Origin: an uncultured Gammaproteobacteria bacterium
GTDB taxonomy: Bacteria > Patescibacteriota > Patescibacteriia > JAHIZJ01
Length of the DNA stretch: 64,000 nt
Assembly: GCA_964371245.1 (NCBI GenBank)
Contig: CAYJKP010000001.1
Span: forward strand, 187,042-251,041
Direction: 5' to 3'
Made by a program: the position numbers and the translations under genes. Position 1 is the stretch's first letter, and the number at the start of each line of letters is the position of its first letter. Below, piece after piece: positions 8,904 through 18,767 of this stretch. The notes beneath the pieces are model-generated. The model did not search any database and was not told where the DNA came from. It was given only the letters and a program-made list of their open reading frames with translations.

Positions 8904-11591
8904 ATGTCAGAACACGCATGGTACAAATTGCCGCAGGCCAAGATTTTTGAGCTTCTAAAAACCAGGAAGACCGGTTTGACTGATCAGGAAGTTGCGGCGC
9001 GCCAGCGGAAATACGGATCGAATACATTGCCCCAGGACAAACGCGCGACCTGGGTTATTTTATTATTGAAACAATTTCAAAGTTCGCTCATTTATATCCT
9101 TTTATTTGCTGCCGGCGTAAGCTTGCTGCTGAATGATTATGTCGACATGTACGTGATTTTGGCAGCCGTGCTATTAAATGTCATCGTCGGCTTCATTCAG
9201 GAAAATCGGGCGATGAAAGCGATGGATAAGCTGCGCCGAGTCGTGGAATTCAGTACGCTGGTTCTGCGTGACAGCAGGGAGCTGAAGATTAATGTGGCGG
9301 ATTTGGTGCCGGGCGATGTCGTCCTCATTCAACCAGGCGATAAAGTACCGGCTGATGTCAGGCTGATCGAGGCAGAACAGCTGCGTGTTAATGAAGCGCG
9401 GTTGACTGGCGAATCCAACCCAGTCGTGAAATCCACGGAGACGCTCCACAACGAGCTGGTGCTGGCCGATCGTCTGAACATGGCGTTCATGGGCACGGTC
9501 GTTACCGGCGGTGTCGGCCGGGGCGTCGTCTGCGCGATCGGGCTGGAGACGGAAATCGGTCAGATCGCGAAGATGATAAAAGAAACCAAAGAAGAACAAA
9601 CGCCCCTGCAGAAAAAACTCAACAGTCTCAGCAAGTTAATCGGCGGGAGCGTGCTCTTGATCTGCCTGGGCGTTTTCCTGCTTGGCCTGCTGACGGGTCG
9701 CGCCTTCATCGAAATGTTCACCACCTCGGTCGCTATCGCCGTGGCGGCCATCCCCGAAGGTTTAGCGGTGGTGGTGACGGTTATTTTAGCGATCGGCATG
9801 CAGCGGATATTGAAACAACAAGGGCTCGTTCGCAAACTGGTGGCGGCCGAAACCCTGGGTTCCACCACGGTCATCTGCACTGACAAAACCGGAACGCTGA
9901 CTGAAGGGGAAATGCGGGTGGTTCGGGTTATTACGAACAATCATGATTTAGAGGCAACCGGAGACAAATTTAAAACGCACCTAAAAGAAACCGGGGATCA
10001 GACGAGTTTTATTACCGCGCTGAAAATCGGCGTCCTATGCAATGACGCCCACATTGAAAACGAATTCAGCCCGCTGCACGAATGGAAAATATTCGGCAAC
10101 CCGACGGAAAAGGCGCTCATCCTGGCTGGCAGCGAGGTCGGGCTGAGTCGTCATGTTTTGGAAAAAATACATCCGCGCCTGGCCGAGATACCGTTCAATT
10201 CAGAGCGGAAGTATATGGTCACGCTCCAGGGCTGGTCAAAAACGCACCACCTCATCTACATAAAAGGCGCACCAGAAAAAATACTCGAGATGTCCTGGCG
10301 GATCGACGTCGATGGCCAGATCGAACAGTTGACGCCTCAACAACGCGAAAAAATTAAAAAGCGCTTTGAGCATCTAAGTAATGAAGGGCTGAGAATCATC
10401 GCCCTGGCCTTTAAATCCACTTCGGCTGAAACGGCAGAATTAAAAGAAGCGCCCGGCCTGCTTGAGGATTTTGTTTTTGCCGGATTGATGGGCATCCAGG
10501 ATCCACTCCGGCCGGAAGCGAAAGAAACGATACGGCAGTGTAAGGAAGCCGGTATTGGAATCGCGATGATTACCGGTGATCATCGCTTGACCGCCCAATC
10601 AATCGCTCGTGAGCTGGGTTTGCCGTCAAAGATGGAGAACATCCTGCAAGGCGATGAGCTGGCCAAAATGAACGCGACACAGCTGCAGAAACGCGTCAAA
10701 AAGGTGTCCGTCTACGCTCGGGTGACGCCAAAAGACAAGCTGCGCATCGTTGACGCGCTCCAGGCCAATGGTGAGGTTGTCGCAATGACGGGGGACGGTT
10801 TGAACGACGCCCCAGCGCTGCGCTCCGCCGATATCGGCGTTTCGCTTGGTTCGGGAACTGACATTGCCAAAGAAACCGCCAACCTCGTTATTCTCGATAA
10901 TAATTTCAAAACGATTGTCGCCGCCGTCCGGCAGGGGCGCGTGCTTTTTGAAAACATCAAAAAAGTAGTGCTCTACCTCATGTCGGACAGTTTTTCTGAG
11001 GTGATCATTATAACTGGAGCGTTAGTGTTGGGCATACCGCTGCCGCTCGTGGCGGCGCAGATACTTTGGATCAATTTGGTTGGCGATGGCCTGCCGAACA
11101 TGGCGCTGACGGTTGAACCGGAGGAGCGTCACATCATGCAGGAATCACCGATTCGTCGGAATGCTCCGATCCTCGACACAGAAATGAAAACATTGGTTGC
11201 TGTCATCAGCGCTGTTACCGGCCTGGTCACGCTCGGCCTCTTTTACTATTTCTGGAAATCAACCGGCGATCTGTCGTTGGCCCGGACGATTGCCTTTACT
11301 TCCGTCGGCATTGACTCGCTGATATACGTCTTCAGCTGCCGTTCACTGCGGATACCAATCATAAAGAAAAATCCGTTTTCAAATCCCTGGCTGGTTTATG
11401 CCGTGATTGGTGGCATCATACTTCAAATTGCCGCCATCTATTTTGGGCCGTTGCAGAATGTTTTACGAACAGTACCGTTGACGCTTGACCATTGGCTGGT
11501 CATTGGCACGGCCGTTATATTTGTCATCCTGCTCATCGAAGTGATAAAATATTTATTCTTACACCAAAAAAAATTCCATGCGGCGCAATAA
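8904..11591 (+). CDS. P-type cation-transporting ATPase (P2-type, Ca2+/cation pump-like)
   Basis: 895 aa. DKTGTLT phosphorylation motif, TGDHRLTA, GDGLNDAPAL, 10 predicted TMs. Confidence 0.9.
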   Translation: MSEHAWYKLPQAKIFELLKTRKTGLTDQEVAARQRKYGSNTLPQDKRATWVILLLKQFQSSLIYILLFAAGVSLLLNDYVDMYVILAAVLLNVIVGFIQENRAMKAMDKLRRVVEFSTLVLRDSRELKINVADLVPGDVVLIQPGDKVPADVRLIEAEQLRVNEARLTGESNPVVKSTETLHNELVLADRLNMAFMGTVVTGGVGRGVVCAIGLETEIGQIAKMIKETKEEQTPLQKKLNSLSKLIGGSVLLICLGVFLLGLLTGRAFIEMFTTSVAIAVAAIPEGLAVVVTVILAIGMQRILKQQGLVRKLVAAETLGSTTVICTDKTGTLTEGEMRVVRVITNNHDLEATGDKFKTHLKETGDQTSFITALKIGVLCNDAHIENEFSPLHEWKIFGNPTEKALILAGSEVGLSRHVLEKIHPRLAEIPFNSERKYMVTLQGWSKTHHLIYIKGAPEKILEMSWRIDVDGQIEQLTPQQREKIKKRFEHLSNEGLRIIALAFKSTSAETAELKEAPGLLEDFVFAGLMGIQDPLRPEAKETIRQCKEAGIGIAMITGDHRLTAQSIARELGLPSKMENILQGDELAKMNATQLQKRVKKVSVYARVTPKDKLRIVDALQANGEVVAMTGDGLNDAPALRSADIGVSLGSGTDIAKETANLVILDNNFKTIVAAVRQGRVLFENIKKVVLYLMSDSFSEVIIITGALVLGIPLPLVAAQILWINLVGDGLPNMALTVEPEERHIMQESPIRRNAPILDTEMKTLVAVISAVTGLVTLGLFYYFWKSTGDLSLARTIAFTSVGIDSLIYVFSCRSLRIPIIKKNPFSNPWLVYAVIGGIILQIAAIYFGPLQNVLRTVPLTLDHWLVIGTAVIFVILLIEVIKYLFLHQKKFHAAQ

Positions 11592-12174
11592 TGTTTTGAC
11601 AGCCATTGCCTTCGTGTCGCTCGCGGTTTTACTCGTGGTCGAGCTTGGCACGCATTATGATAGTTGGGATCGTCAAGTGGCCCTCTCGATTACAAATATC
11701 ATCGGCGGCGGCGTTTATTTATTGATCTATTATTTCCTGAAACGGCGCGGCATCACGTTGCCGTGGATAGCGGCCTGGCTGGTCGCCCTGGGTATCTGGT
11801 TCGACGCGCTTGGGAATTTTCAGCACTTTTTCGGTCGGATCCTCTGGTGGGACAAGCTCGCGCATTTTACCGGCTCATTGCCCCCGGCCACGGTCTTTTG
11901 GGCGGTCCTGTATGGGTTTGGAAAAAAGGGGACGATCCGACTGCCAAATTGGCTAACCGGTATATTTGCCGTTTGTCTGACAGTAACGCTGTCGGTGGTA
12001 TACGAAATATCTGAATATATCGGTGACCTGAACTTTCCGACCCATCGGATAACGGATTTATACGATACGGTTGATGATTTAATGTATAATTTATTAGGCG
12101 CCGTCGCCGTGGTGATCATTTGTCTGCTTATTTATCGAAAGAAACAGAAAAACGACCGCCAAACGAGCGTTTGA
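11578..12174 (+). CDS. Hypothetical polytopic membrane protein
   Basis: 198 aa with 5-6 hydrophobic segments. Overlaps the ATPase stop by 14 nt. No confident family assignment. Confidence 0.5.
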   Translation: MRRNNVLTAIAFVSLAVLLVVELGTHYDSWDRQVALSITNIIGGGVYLLIYYFLKRRGITLPWIAAWLVALGIWFDALGNFQHFFGRILWWDKLAHFTGSLPPATVFWAVLYGFGKKGTIRLPNWLTGIFAVCLTVTLSVVYEISEYIGDLNFPTHRITDLYDTVDDLMYNLLGAVAVVIICLLIYRKKQKNDRQTSV

Positions 12175-12180
12175 AATATT

Positions 12181-12234
12181 TTGACAGCAGTCGGAAAAAT
12201 CGCTATAATTTAACAACACGATAGCGATTTTTTC
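12181..12234 (+). promoter_or_regulatory. Consensus promoter TTGACA-17-TATAAT embedded in an A-run/9-bp hairpin/T-run terminator upstream of asnS
   Basis: TTGACA at 12181-12186, TATAAT at 12204-12209. Inverted repeat aatcgctat (12198-12206) / atagcgatt (12221-12229) followed by T6. Confidence 0.5.
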
Positions 12235-12236
12235 TT

Positions 12237-13529
12237 ATGGAAAACACCAGAATAAATCAGGTTAATACGAGGGTCGGGAAAACGGTTGCGATCCGGGGCT
12301 GGATTTATAATTTTCGCTCATCCGGAAGCATCGTTTTCCTCCAATGCCGCGACGGGAGCGGTCAGATTCAGGCTGTTGTTAGTAAACAGGCGGTTTCACC
12401 CGAAGCCTGGCAAATATGCCAGAAAATGACGCTGGAAAGCTCGGTTTGCCTGGTCGGAACGGTTCGTGAGGATAAACGCTCAGTCTCGGGATATGAACTC
12501 GAGGTCAGCGACCTTTCCGTTTATCAGCTGGCCGAAGAATACCCAATCGCCAAAAAGGAGCACGGACCGGAATTTCTCATGGACCACCGTCATTTATGGC
12601 TGCGCTCAAGCCGGCAAACGGCCATCTTGCGCATCCGGGACGAGGTCGTCTGGCAATTACGAAAGTTTTTCCATGAGCAGGGTTTTGTCTTAACCGATTC
12701 TCCGGTGCTGACGCCGACCGCCTGTGAAGGCACGACCACGTTGTTCGAAACCAAATATTTCGACACCAAAGCGTACTTGGCCCAATCCGGCCAACTCTAC
12801 AGCGAGGCGACCGCCGGCGCGCTTGGCCGGGTCTACGATTTCGGACCAACCTTCCGGGCTGAAAAATCGAAAACCCGGCGCCACTTGATGGAATTCTGGA
12901 TGCTCGATGCCGAAGCGGCGTTTGTCGAGTTTGAGGAAAATATAAAAATCCAAGAGGAAATGCTCAGTGCCGTGGTTCAGAGCGTACTCCAAGAACGGAA
13001 AGCCGAGCTTGCCCTTTTAGAACGCGACACCGCCATTCTCGATAAAACGAAACCGCCGTTTCCTCGCCTGACGTATGCCGAGGCCGTTGAACGATTACAT
13101 CAAGCTGGCGTGGCGATGAAGGCAGGGGACGATTTTGGCGGTGACGAGGAAACGCTGTTATCGAAGCAATTTGATCAGCCCGTTTTTATCACTCACTACC
13201 CGACGAAGATTAAGGCGTTTTATATGAAGCCTGATCCGACCAACCCGGACCAAGTATTGAACAACGATCTCTTAGCTCCAGAGGGGTATGGGGAAATCAT
13301 CGGCGGCTCGCAAAGGATCGACGACCTGAAGCTGTTAGAACAGCGTTTGAAGGAACAGAAACTGCCGCGCAAGGATTTTGAATGGTATCTCGATCTCCGT
13401 CGCTACGGTTCGTTTCCGCACTCGGGCTTCGGTCTCGGGCTGGAACGGACGGTGCGTTGGATTTGCGGGCTCGACCACATCAGGGAAACGATCCCGTTTC
13501 CGCGTCTGCTAAATCGATTACGACCCTAA
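12237..13529 (+). CDS. asnS: Class IIb aminoacyl-tRNA synthetase, asparaginyl-tRNA synthetase-like (or archaeal-type AspRS)
   Basis: 430 aa. N-terminal OB anticodon-binding domain. Motif 2 FRAEKSKTRRHLMEFWMLDAE. Motif 3 GFGLGLERTV. Confidence 0.7.
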   Translation: MENTRINQVNTRVGKTVAIRGWIYNFRSSGSIVFLQCRDGSGQIQAVVSKQAVSPEAWQICQKMTLESSVCLVGTVREDKRSVSGYELEVSDLSVYQLAEEYPIAKKEHGPEFLMDHRHLWLRSSRQTAILRIRDEVVWQLRKFFHEQGFVLTDSPVLTPTACEGTTTLFETKYFDTKAYLAQSGQLYSEATAGALGRVYDFGPTFRAEKSKTRRHLMEFWMLDAEAAFVEFEENIKIQEEMLSAVVQSVLQERKAELALLERDTAILDKTKPPFPRLTYAEAVERLHQAGVAMKAGDDFGGDEETLLSKQFDQPVFITHYPTKIKAFYMKPDPTNPDQVLNNDLLAPEGYGEIIGGSQRIDDLKLLEQRLKEQKLPRKDFEWYLDLRRYGSFPHSGFGLGLERTVRWICGLDHIRETIPFPRLLNRLRP

Positions 13530-13538
13530 GCGATTCCT

Positions 13539-14951
13539 ATGACACGCATTACCACAATTCAGTCACTCGAACGCATTGGCGAAAAGGCGACCTTGGCCGG
13601 CTGGGCTGAAACGGTTCGCAAACTCGGAAAAATTTTATTTATCGACCTGCGCGATAAGGACGGACACTTGCAAATCGTCTGCTCGCCCGAACAAAGCGCG
13701 CTCTATGAAACGGCCAAGAGCATTCGGCCGGAGTATGTCATTCGCGTCACTGGCCGGATCGCCAAACGGGCTGAAAAGAACGTAAACAAAAAACAGCCGA
13801 CTGGTACGATCGAGCTTCAGCCCGAGCAGCTTGAAATATTAAGCACCTCGCTGACGCCGCCGTTTGAAATCGACAACGAGATCCGGCAGGCGTCGGAAGA
13901 GCTGCGCTTGAAATACCGCTATCTCGATCTACGGCATGAACGCATGCGCCGCAATTTGCGGATGCGTTCCGATATGCTGTGGTTTCTCCGCAATTGGCTG
14001 CACGAGCGCGGTTTTACCGAAATTCAGACGCCGATACTCTCAAAATCCACGCCGGAAGGGGCGCGCGATTTTCTCGTCCCGTCACGGCTTCAGAAAGGGA
14101 GATTCTTCGCCTTACCACAATCGCCCCAGCAGTACAAACAGCTCTTAATGGTTGCCGGCATTGAAAAATATTTTCAGATCGCTCCCTGTTTCCGTGATGA
14201 AGACGCCCGCGCCGACCGCAGTCCGGGCGAGTTCTACCAGCTTGATATCGAGTTGTCATTCATCAACCAGGAAGAAATACTGCAACTAACCGAGGAAATG
14301 TTTACCCAGATGGTGACGAAGATATTCCCTGAAAAACACATCATGACGACGCCGTGGCCGCGCTTGCGCCACGCCGAGGTGATGAAAAAATACGGGACGG
14401 ACAAACCCGATCTTCGCCAGAACAAAGAGGATAACAACGAACTCGCCTTTGCCTGGGTGATTGATTTTCCGCTGTTTACCAGACAGACGAAAGACGATTA
14501 TTTCTACGGGGCCGGCGACAAACTCGCGCCCTCTCACCACATGTTTACGGCGCCGAGAGAAGAGGATATCCCGCTGCTCGAGACCGCGCCGGAAAAAGTC
14601 CGCGCCTACCAGCACGACCTAGTCCTCAACGGGATCGAGGTCGGCGGCGGCAGCATCAGAATACACCGGCCGGAAATTCAAGAAAAAGTGTTTGACCTGA
14701 TCGGCTTTACCAAAGACCAGAAAAAACTGTTTAAACACCTGATGACAGCGTTCCAATATGGCGTACCGCCGCACGGTGGAATCGCCCCCGGCATTGAGCG
14801 TCTGCTCATGGCCATACTAGGTGAGAAAAATGTAAAAGAGGTAGCCGCTTTTCCGCTGACGAGCGAAGGCCGCGATCCGATGATGGATTCTCCATCCCGA
14901 GTTACCCCGGCGCAGCTGCGCGACCTCGGCTTGCGGCTTGATAAAAACTAA
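13539..14951 (+). CDS. aspS: Aspartyl-tRNA synthetase, short form lacking the GAD insertion domain
   Basis: 470 aa. CFRDEDARADRSPGEFYQLDIELSF and LVLNGIEVGGGSIRIH are bacterial AspRS signatures. It is about 120 aa shorter than typical bacterial AspRS. Confidence 0.8.
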   Translation: MTRITTIQSLERIGEKATLAGWAETVRKLGKILFIDLRDKDGHLQIVCSPEQSALYETAKSIRPEYVIRVTGRIAKRAEKNVNKKQPTGTIELQPEQLEILSTSLTPPFEIDNEIRQASEELRLKYRYLDLRHERMRRNLRMRSDMLWFLRNWLHERGFTEIQTPILSKSTPEGARDFLVPSRLQKGRFFALPQSPQQYKQLLMVAGIEKYFQIAPCFRDEDARADRSPGEFYQLDIELSFINQEEILQLTEEMFTQMVTKIFPEKHIMTTPWPRLRHAEVMKKYGTDKPDLRQNKEDNNELAFAWVIDFPLFTRQTKDDYFYGAGDKLAPSHHMFTAPREEDIPLLETAPEKVRAYQHDLVLNGIEVGGGSIRIHRPEIQEKVFDLIGFTKDQKKLFKHLMTAFQYGVPPHGGIAPGIERLLMAILGEKNVKEVAAFPLTSEGRDPMMDSPSRVTPAQLRDLGLRLDKN

Positions 14952-15276
14952 TATGCGCCTGTCACCGCTCCAAAAATATATCCTGCTCGAAGTCTACACT
15001 AGCCGAGTGCAGCTTTTTCCGCGGTCGGTTATTACGAAATACTACTTTTCCCAAACGCGACCGCCGAAGCTTGGCGATATGCAAAACATCGTGACGAAGA
15101 GCCTCGAACGGCTGATTGATAAAGAGCTGCTGACCGGTTATGGGCATCGGACGCCGCATAAATGGTTTATCAGCGAGGTGAAACTCACGCCGCTGGGTCG
15201 GCGGACAGCCAAACGGCTCCAGGGCGAACAGCAAACCCTGCCCTTACGACTCGCGAAAAGAAAGGTTAACAATTAA
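14938..15276 (+). CDS. Hypothetical small basic protein (possible winged-helix DNA-binding)
   Basis: 112 aa with a likely start at internal Met 14953. No recognisable motif. Overlaps the aspS end. Confidence 0.35.
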   Translation: MIKTNMRLSPLQKYILLEVYTSRVQLFPRSVITKYYFSQTRPPKLGDMQNIVTKSLERLIDKELLTGYGHRTPHKWFISEVKLTPLGRRTAKRLQGEQQTLPLRLAKRKVNN

Positions 15277-15287
15277 ATACGAAGGCT

Positions 15288-15758
15288 ATGAAACCACCAC
15301 AAAAAGTGCTGTCGTATCTAGACAAAAATAAAATTAAATACACGCTCGTCGAACATAAAACTGTCTATACGGCGTATGATGTTGCCCAAACTTTGAAAAT
15401 GAAACTCCAGGAAATTGTCAAAACGCTGCTCGTCAAGGTTGACGGGAAGCTCTCCCTGGCCGTTCTACCGGCCTCAGCCAGGCTGGATTTGAAGAAGCTG
15501 AAAGTCTTGGCCAAGGCGAAAAAAGTCGAGCTGCCGAAGGAAAACGTTATGAAGACCAAACTCAGCATCATTCCCGGCGCGCTCACCCCGTTCGGTCCGT
15601 TGTATAAGCTCCCCGTGTATCTCGATAAAAACCTGCTCAAACAGAAAGCCGTGCTGGTCGGTTCGGGCAGCTTCGAGTTTTCACTGAAAATGAGCCCGAG
15701 CGTCTTGGTCAAGGCGGCACTGCCAGTTACCGGCGCATTTTCGGCGAAGAAAAAATAA
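15288..15758 (+). CDS. YbaK/ProX-like aminoacyl-tRNA deacylase (trans-editing domain)
   Basis: 156 aa. Resembles the YbaK/ProRS-editing domain (KTLLVKVDGKLSLAVLP...IPGALTPFG). Confidence 0.65.
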   Translation: MKPPQKVLSYLDKNKIKYTLVEHKTVYTAYDVAQTLKMKLQEIVKTLLVKVDGKLSLAVLPASARLDLKKLKVLAKAKKVELPKENVMKTKLSIIPGALTPFGPLYKLPVYLDKNLLKQKAVLVGSGSFEFSLKMSPSVLVKAALPVTGAFSAKKK

Positions 15759-15775
15759 TCCCGTCCGTCATTCGC

Positions 15776-16486
15776 ATGTATCAGATCAAGCTAGAGCAAT
15801 TTGAAGGTCCGCTCGACCTCCTCCTCAGACTGATTGAGGAGGAGAAGCTTGATATAACGACCGTTTCACTCGCCAAGGTTACCGATCAGTATTTGGCGTA
15901 TATCGAGACAATGGAAGAAGTACGGACTGAGGAGCTGGCTGATTTCTTGGTTGTGGCGGCGAAGCTCCTTCTGATCAAGTCAAAAACGCTTCTGCCGTTC
16001 CTCCAGCCCGAGGCGGAAGAGATAGATCTGGAAAAGCAGCTCCGGATATATAAGGAGTATCTTGAGGCGTCGAAGCAAATCCAGGCGTTAATTCGGCGGA
16101 AGCGCTATCTCTACCCACGGGAAATGAGCCGGTCGATGCTGGAGCCGATTTTTAATCCGCCGCCGCAACTCGATGCGCCTGAGCTTCAGCGCATCATGCT
16201 CGAGGTTCTGCGGAAGATTGAGCCGATCGTCAGTCTGCCGGAGGAAGTAATCGAACGGACTGTTTCGATCCAGCAAAAAATCGATCAGATTCGGACGCTC
16301 ATTATTCAGCAAGAGACGACGAGTTTCCAGGCGCTTCTTAATACCGCCGGTACAAAAACCGAGGTGATTGTTACGTTCCTCGCGCTCCTCGAGCTTATCA
16401 AACAGGAAAATATCATTGTCGTACAACGGAGCGTTTTTGACGATATAACCATTAAGACATACGAAACGAATGTCATTGAAGAATAA
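15776..16486 (+). CDS. scpA: Segregation and condensation protein A
   Basis: MYQIKLEQFEGPLDLLLRLIEEEKLDIT is the ScpA N-terminus. Followed by scpB with a 17-nt overlap. Confidence 0.85.
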   Translation: MYQIKLEQFEGPLDLLLRLIEEEKLDITTVSLAKVTDQYLAYIETMEEVRTEELADFLVVAAKLLLIKSKTLLPFLQPEAEEIDLEKQLRIYKEYLEASKQIQALIRRKRYLYPREMSRSMLEPIFNPPPQLDAPELQRIMLEVLRKIEPIVSLPEEVIERTVSIQQKIDQIRTLIIQQETTSFQALLNTAGTKTEVIVTFLALLELIKQENIIVVQRSVFDDITIKTYETNVIEE

Positions 16487-17024
16487 AATCGAGAGCCTTC
16501 TCTTTGTGGCGACGAAACCGCTGGCGCCGAAGAAGCTCATCGAGCTGACGGGCGGCACCGAAGAAGAGATACGGAATGCGTTGGCCGAGATCCGCGAGCA
16601 ATATAACACTCAGGCGCAAGGCATTCAGCTGGTCAGCCACAACGGCAAGGTGCAGCTGATGACGAATCCGGAAAACAGGAAAATCGTCGAAGCCTATCTG
16701 AAGGAAGAACAGTTTAGCGAATTAACCAAGCCTGGTCTCGAAACGTTGACAATTATTGCCTATCGGGGACCGGTCACCAAGCCGGAACTGGAACAGATAC
16801 GCGGCGTGAATTGCAGTTTGATCCTGAGAAACCTGATGATAAAAGGCTTGGTTGAGGCGCAGGATGATCAGGAAAAAATGCAGACGAATTACACTGTCAC
16901 GTTTGATTTTATCCGGTACCTCGGTTTGCGCGAAATCTCCGAGCTGCCCGAGTATGAAAAGCTGTCACGGCACGAAAACATTGAGAAGATATTGGCCTTA
17001 ACCAATCAACCCAGCGAAGAATAA
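16470..17024 (+). CDS. scpB: Segregation and condensation protein B
   Basis: IESLLFVATKPL... tandem winged-helix ScpB, 184 aa. Confidence 0.85.
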   Translation: MSLKNKIESLLFVATKPLAPKKLIELTGGTEEEIRNALAEIREQYNTQAQGIQLVSHNGKVQLMTNPENRKIVEAYLKEEQFSELTKPGLETLTIIAYRGPVTKPELEQIRGVNCSLILRNLMIKGLVEAQDDQEKMQTNYTVTFDFIRYLGLREISELPEYEKLSRHENIEKILALTNQPSEE

Positions 17025-17957
17025 ATGCTGCCCTCACTATTGATCAGCGCGTTTATCATCACCCAGGTCGTACCACCCGCTTTTTTAATGAAACCGCTGG
17101 CGTTGGATTTTTCGAACGCCAACCAGCCGACGATTATTATTGCCGAAGAATACCCCTCGCATATTTATCCCGGCGAAAAACCGCAGAAAATTTCTCCCAG
17201 TCTCGGCATTGATACGACCGGCGCTTCAGTGGTGGTATTCGATCCGATCGGCGGCCAGCAACTTTTCCGCAAAAACCCAAACGCGGTCCGTTCCATTGCC
17301 AGCCTGACGAAGCTAATGACCGTACTCGTGTTTCTCGACCACAACCCGGGTTTTGGCCAAGAGGTTGAAATCACCGAAGCGGATCAAATCGCTGAAGGCA
17401 GTATTGGCTTGGAGGTGGGGGATAGAGTGATCGTCCGCGACCTTTTTTATGCCAGCCTGGTGAATTCAGCCAACAACGCCACCCAAGCCTTAGCCCGGTC
17501 GACCGGGATGTCACGGGAGGTTTTCGTCGCGGCGATGAATCAACGGGCCAACGACATGGGCTTAAAGCAGACTCATTTTGTCGACGTCACCGGGCTTGAT
17601 TCGGGAAACGTTTCGACCGCCAGCGAGGTCGCCCGCTTAGCCGATTTTGCTTTTCGGAACGCTGAAATATCACAGGCGACGACGCTGCCGAATCATGAGT
17701 TCACGACGTTGAACACCAATCGCACGATCCGTTTTAATAATACGAACAAACTGCTTGAATCATTCCTCCATCTGTCCGGCGGTAAGACTGGGTATACCGA
17801 GGAAGCGGGGTATTGTCTGGCGATCCGGACTGATGATGGACAGGGGCACGATATTGTCGTGGTTGATCTCGGCACCGCCGGCCCGGATGAACGTTTCCAG
17901 GAGGTGAAGGGGTTGATCAGCTGGACGTTCGAGAATTGGCGCTGGCCAGCTGATTAA
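17025..17957 (+). CDS. D-alanyl-D-alanine carboxypeptidase (peptidase S11, PBP5-like)
   Basis: N-terminal signal/TM. SxxK (SLTK), SxN (SANN) and KTG (KTGYT) motifs in the correct order. Confidence 0.7.
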   Translation: MLPSLLISAFIITQVVPPAFLMKPLALDFSNANQPTIIIAEEYPSHIYPGEKPQKISPSLGIDTTGASVVVFDPIGGQQLFRKNPNAVRSIASLTKLMTVLVFLDHNPGFGQEVEITEADQIAEGSIGLEVGDRVIVRDLFYASLVNSANNATQALARSTGMSREVFVAAMNQRANDMGLKQTHFVDVTGLDSGNVSTASEVARLADFAFRNAEISQATTLPNHEFTTLNTNRTIRFNNTNKLLESFLHLSGGKTGYTEEAGYCLAIRTDDGQGHDIVVVDLGTAGPDERFQEVKGLISWTFENWRWPAD

Positions 17958-17999
17958 AAAGATCATCAAAATATGGTATTGTTGAAGGGAAGAAAAGCC

Positions 18000-18764
18000 A
18001 TGAAGACTAAGCCGCTTATCGTTGCAAATTGGAAGATGAACCTCTTGCCGAGCCAGGAGGCTGATTTGGCGCAAAAATACGCCCAGGCGTTCACCCGCCT
18101 GGCGAAGAAGGTTGAAATTGTCATCTGTCCAACCCATACGGGCTTAGCGGGCGTCGCTGAACAGCTGCGCGGCTCTGCGCTGGTATTGGGTGCTCAGGAC
18201 GTATCAGGGGAGATGGTCGGCGCTTTCACCGGCGAGGTCTCAGCTGCCATGCTGAAAGAACTTGGGGTAACCCACTGCATTGTCGGGCACTCGGAACGAC
18301 GCCAGCGCGTCCATGAAACCGATGAAATGGTCAACGCAAAAACGCGGGCCGTGTTGGTCGAGGGGATGATACCGATTGTCTGTGTCGGTGAATCATATGA
18401 GGAACGGCTAAACGGCCAAAAAGAGGTCATGGTTCTACAACGGCTGACTGCAGCCATGAAAAACGTATCCGGGGAGCGGCCGGTTGTCATTACGTACGAG
18501 CCGATCTGGGCGATCAGTCCGGGCGGGCCAGCCTCGCCGGCTGAAGTTGAGCCGATGGTCTCGCTCATCCGGCAAACCTTGCGCGATTTGTTTCCCGCTG
18601 AACTCGTTGAGAAAAACTTCCGGATTATCTATGGCGGGAGCGTAGAGGGCGACAACATCAAGGATTTTCTCGGTCTGGAATATGTCGAAGGCGCGCTGGT
18701 TGGCGCAGCCAGTCTCCTTACCGCCCGCTTTACAAAAATTATTCAATCAGCCTCTAAATTATAA
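18000..18764 (+). CDS. tpiA: Triosephosphate isomerase
   Basis: Start at ATG 18000 (RBS GAAGGGA). IVANWKMN, catalytic His in CIVGHSERR, Glu in YEPIWAI. Confidence 0.85.
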   Translation: MKTKPLIVANWKMNLLPSQEADLAQKYAQAFTRLAKKVEIVICPTHTGLAGVAEQLRGSALVLGAQDVSGEMVGAFTGEVSAAMLKELGVTHCIVGHSERRQRVHETDEMVNAKTRAVLVEGMIPIVCVGESYEERLNGQKEVMVLQRLTAAMKNVSGERPVVITYEPIWAISPGGPASPAEVEPMVSLIRQTLRDLFPAELVEKNFRIIYGGSVEGDNIKDFLGLEYVEGALVGAASLLTARFTKIIQSASKL

Positions 18765-18767
18765 GCC

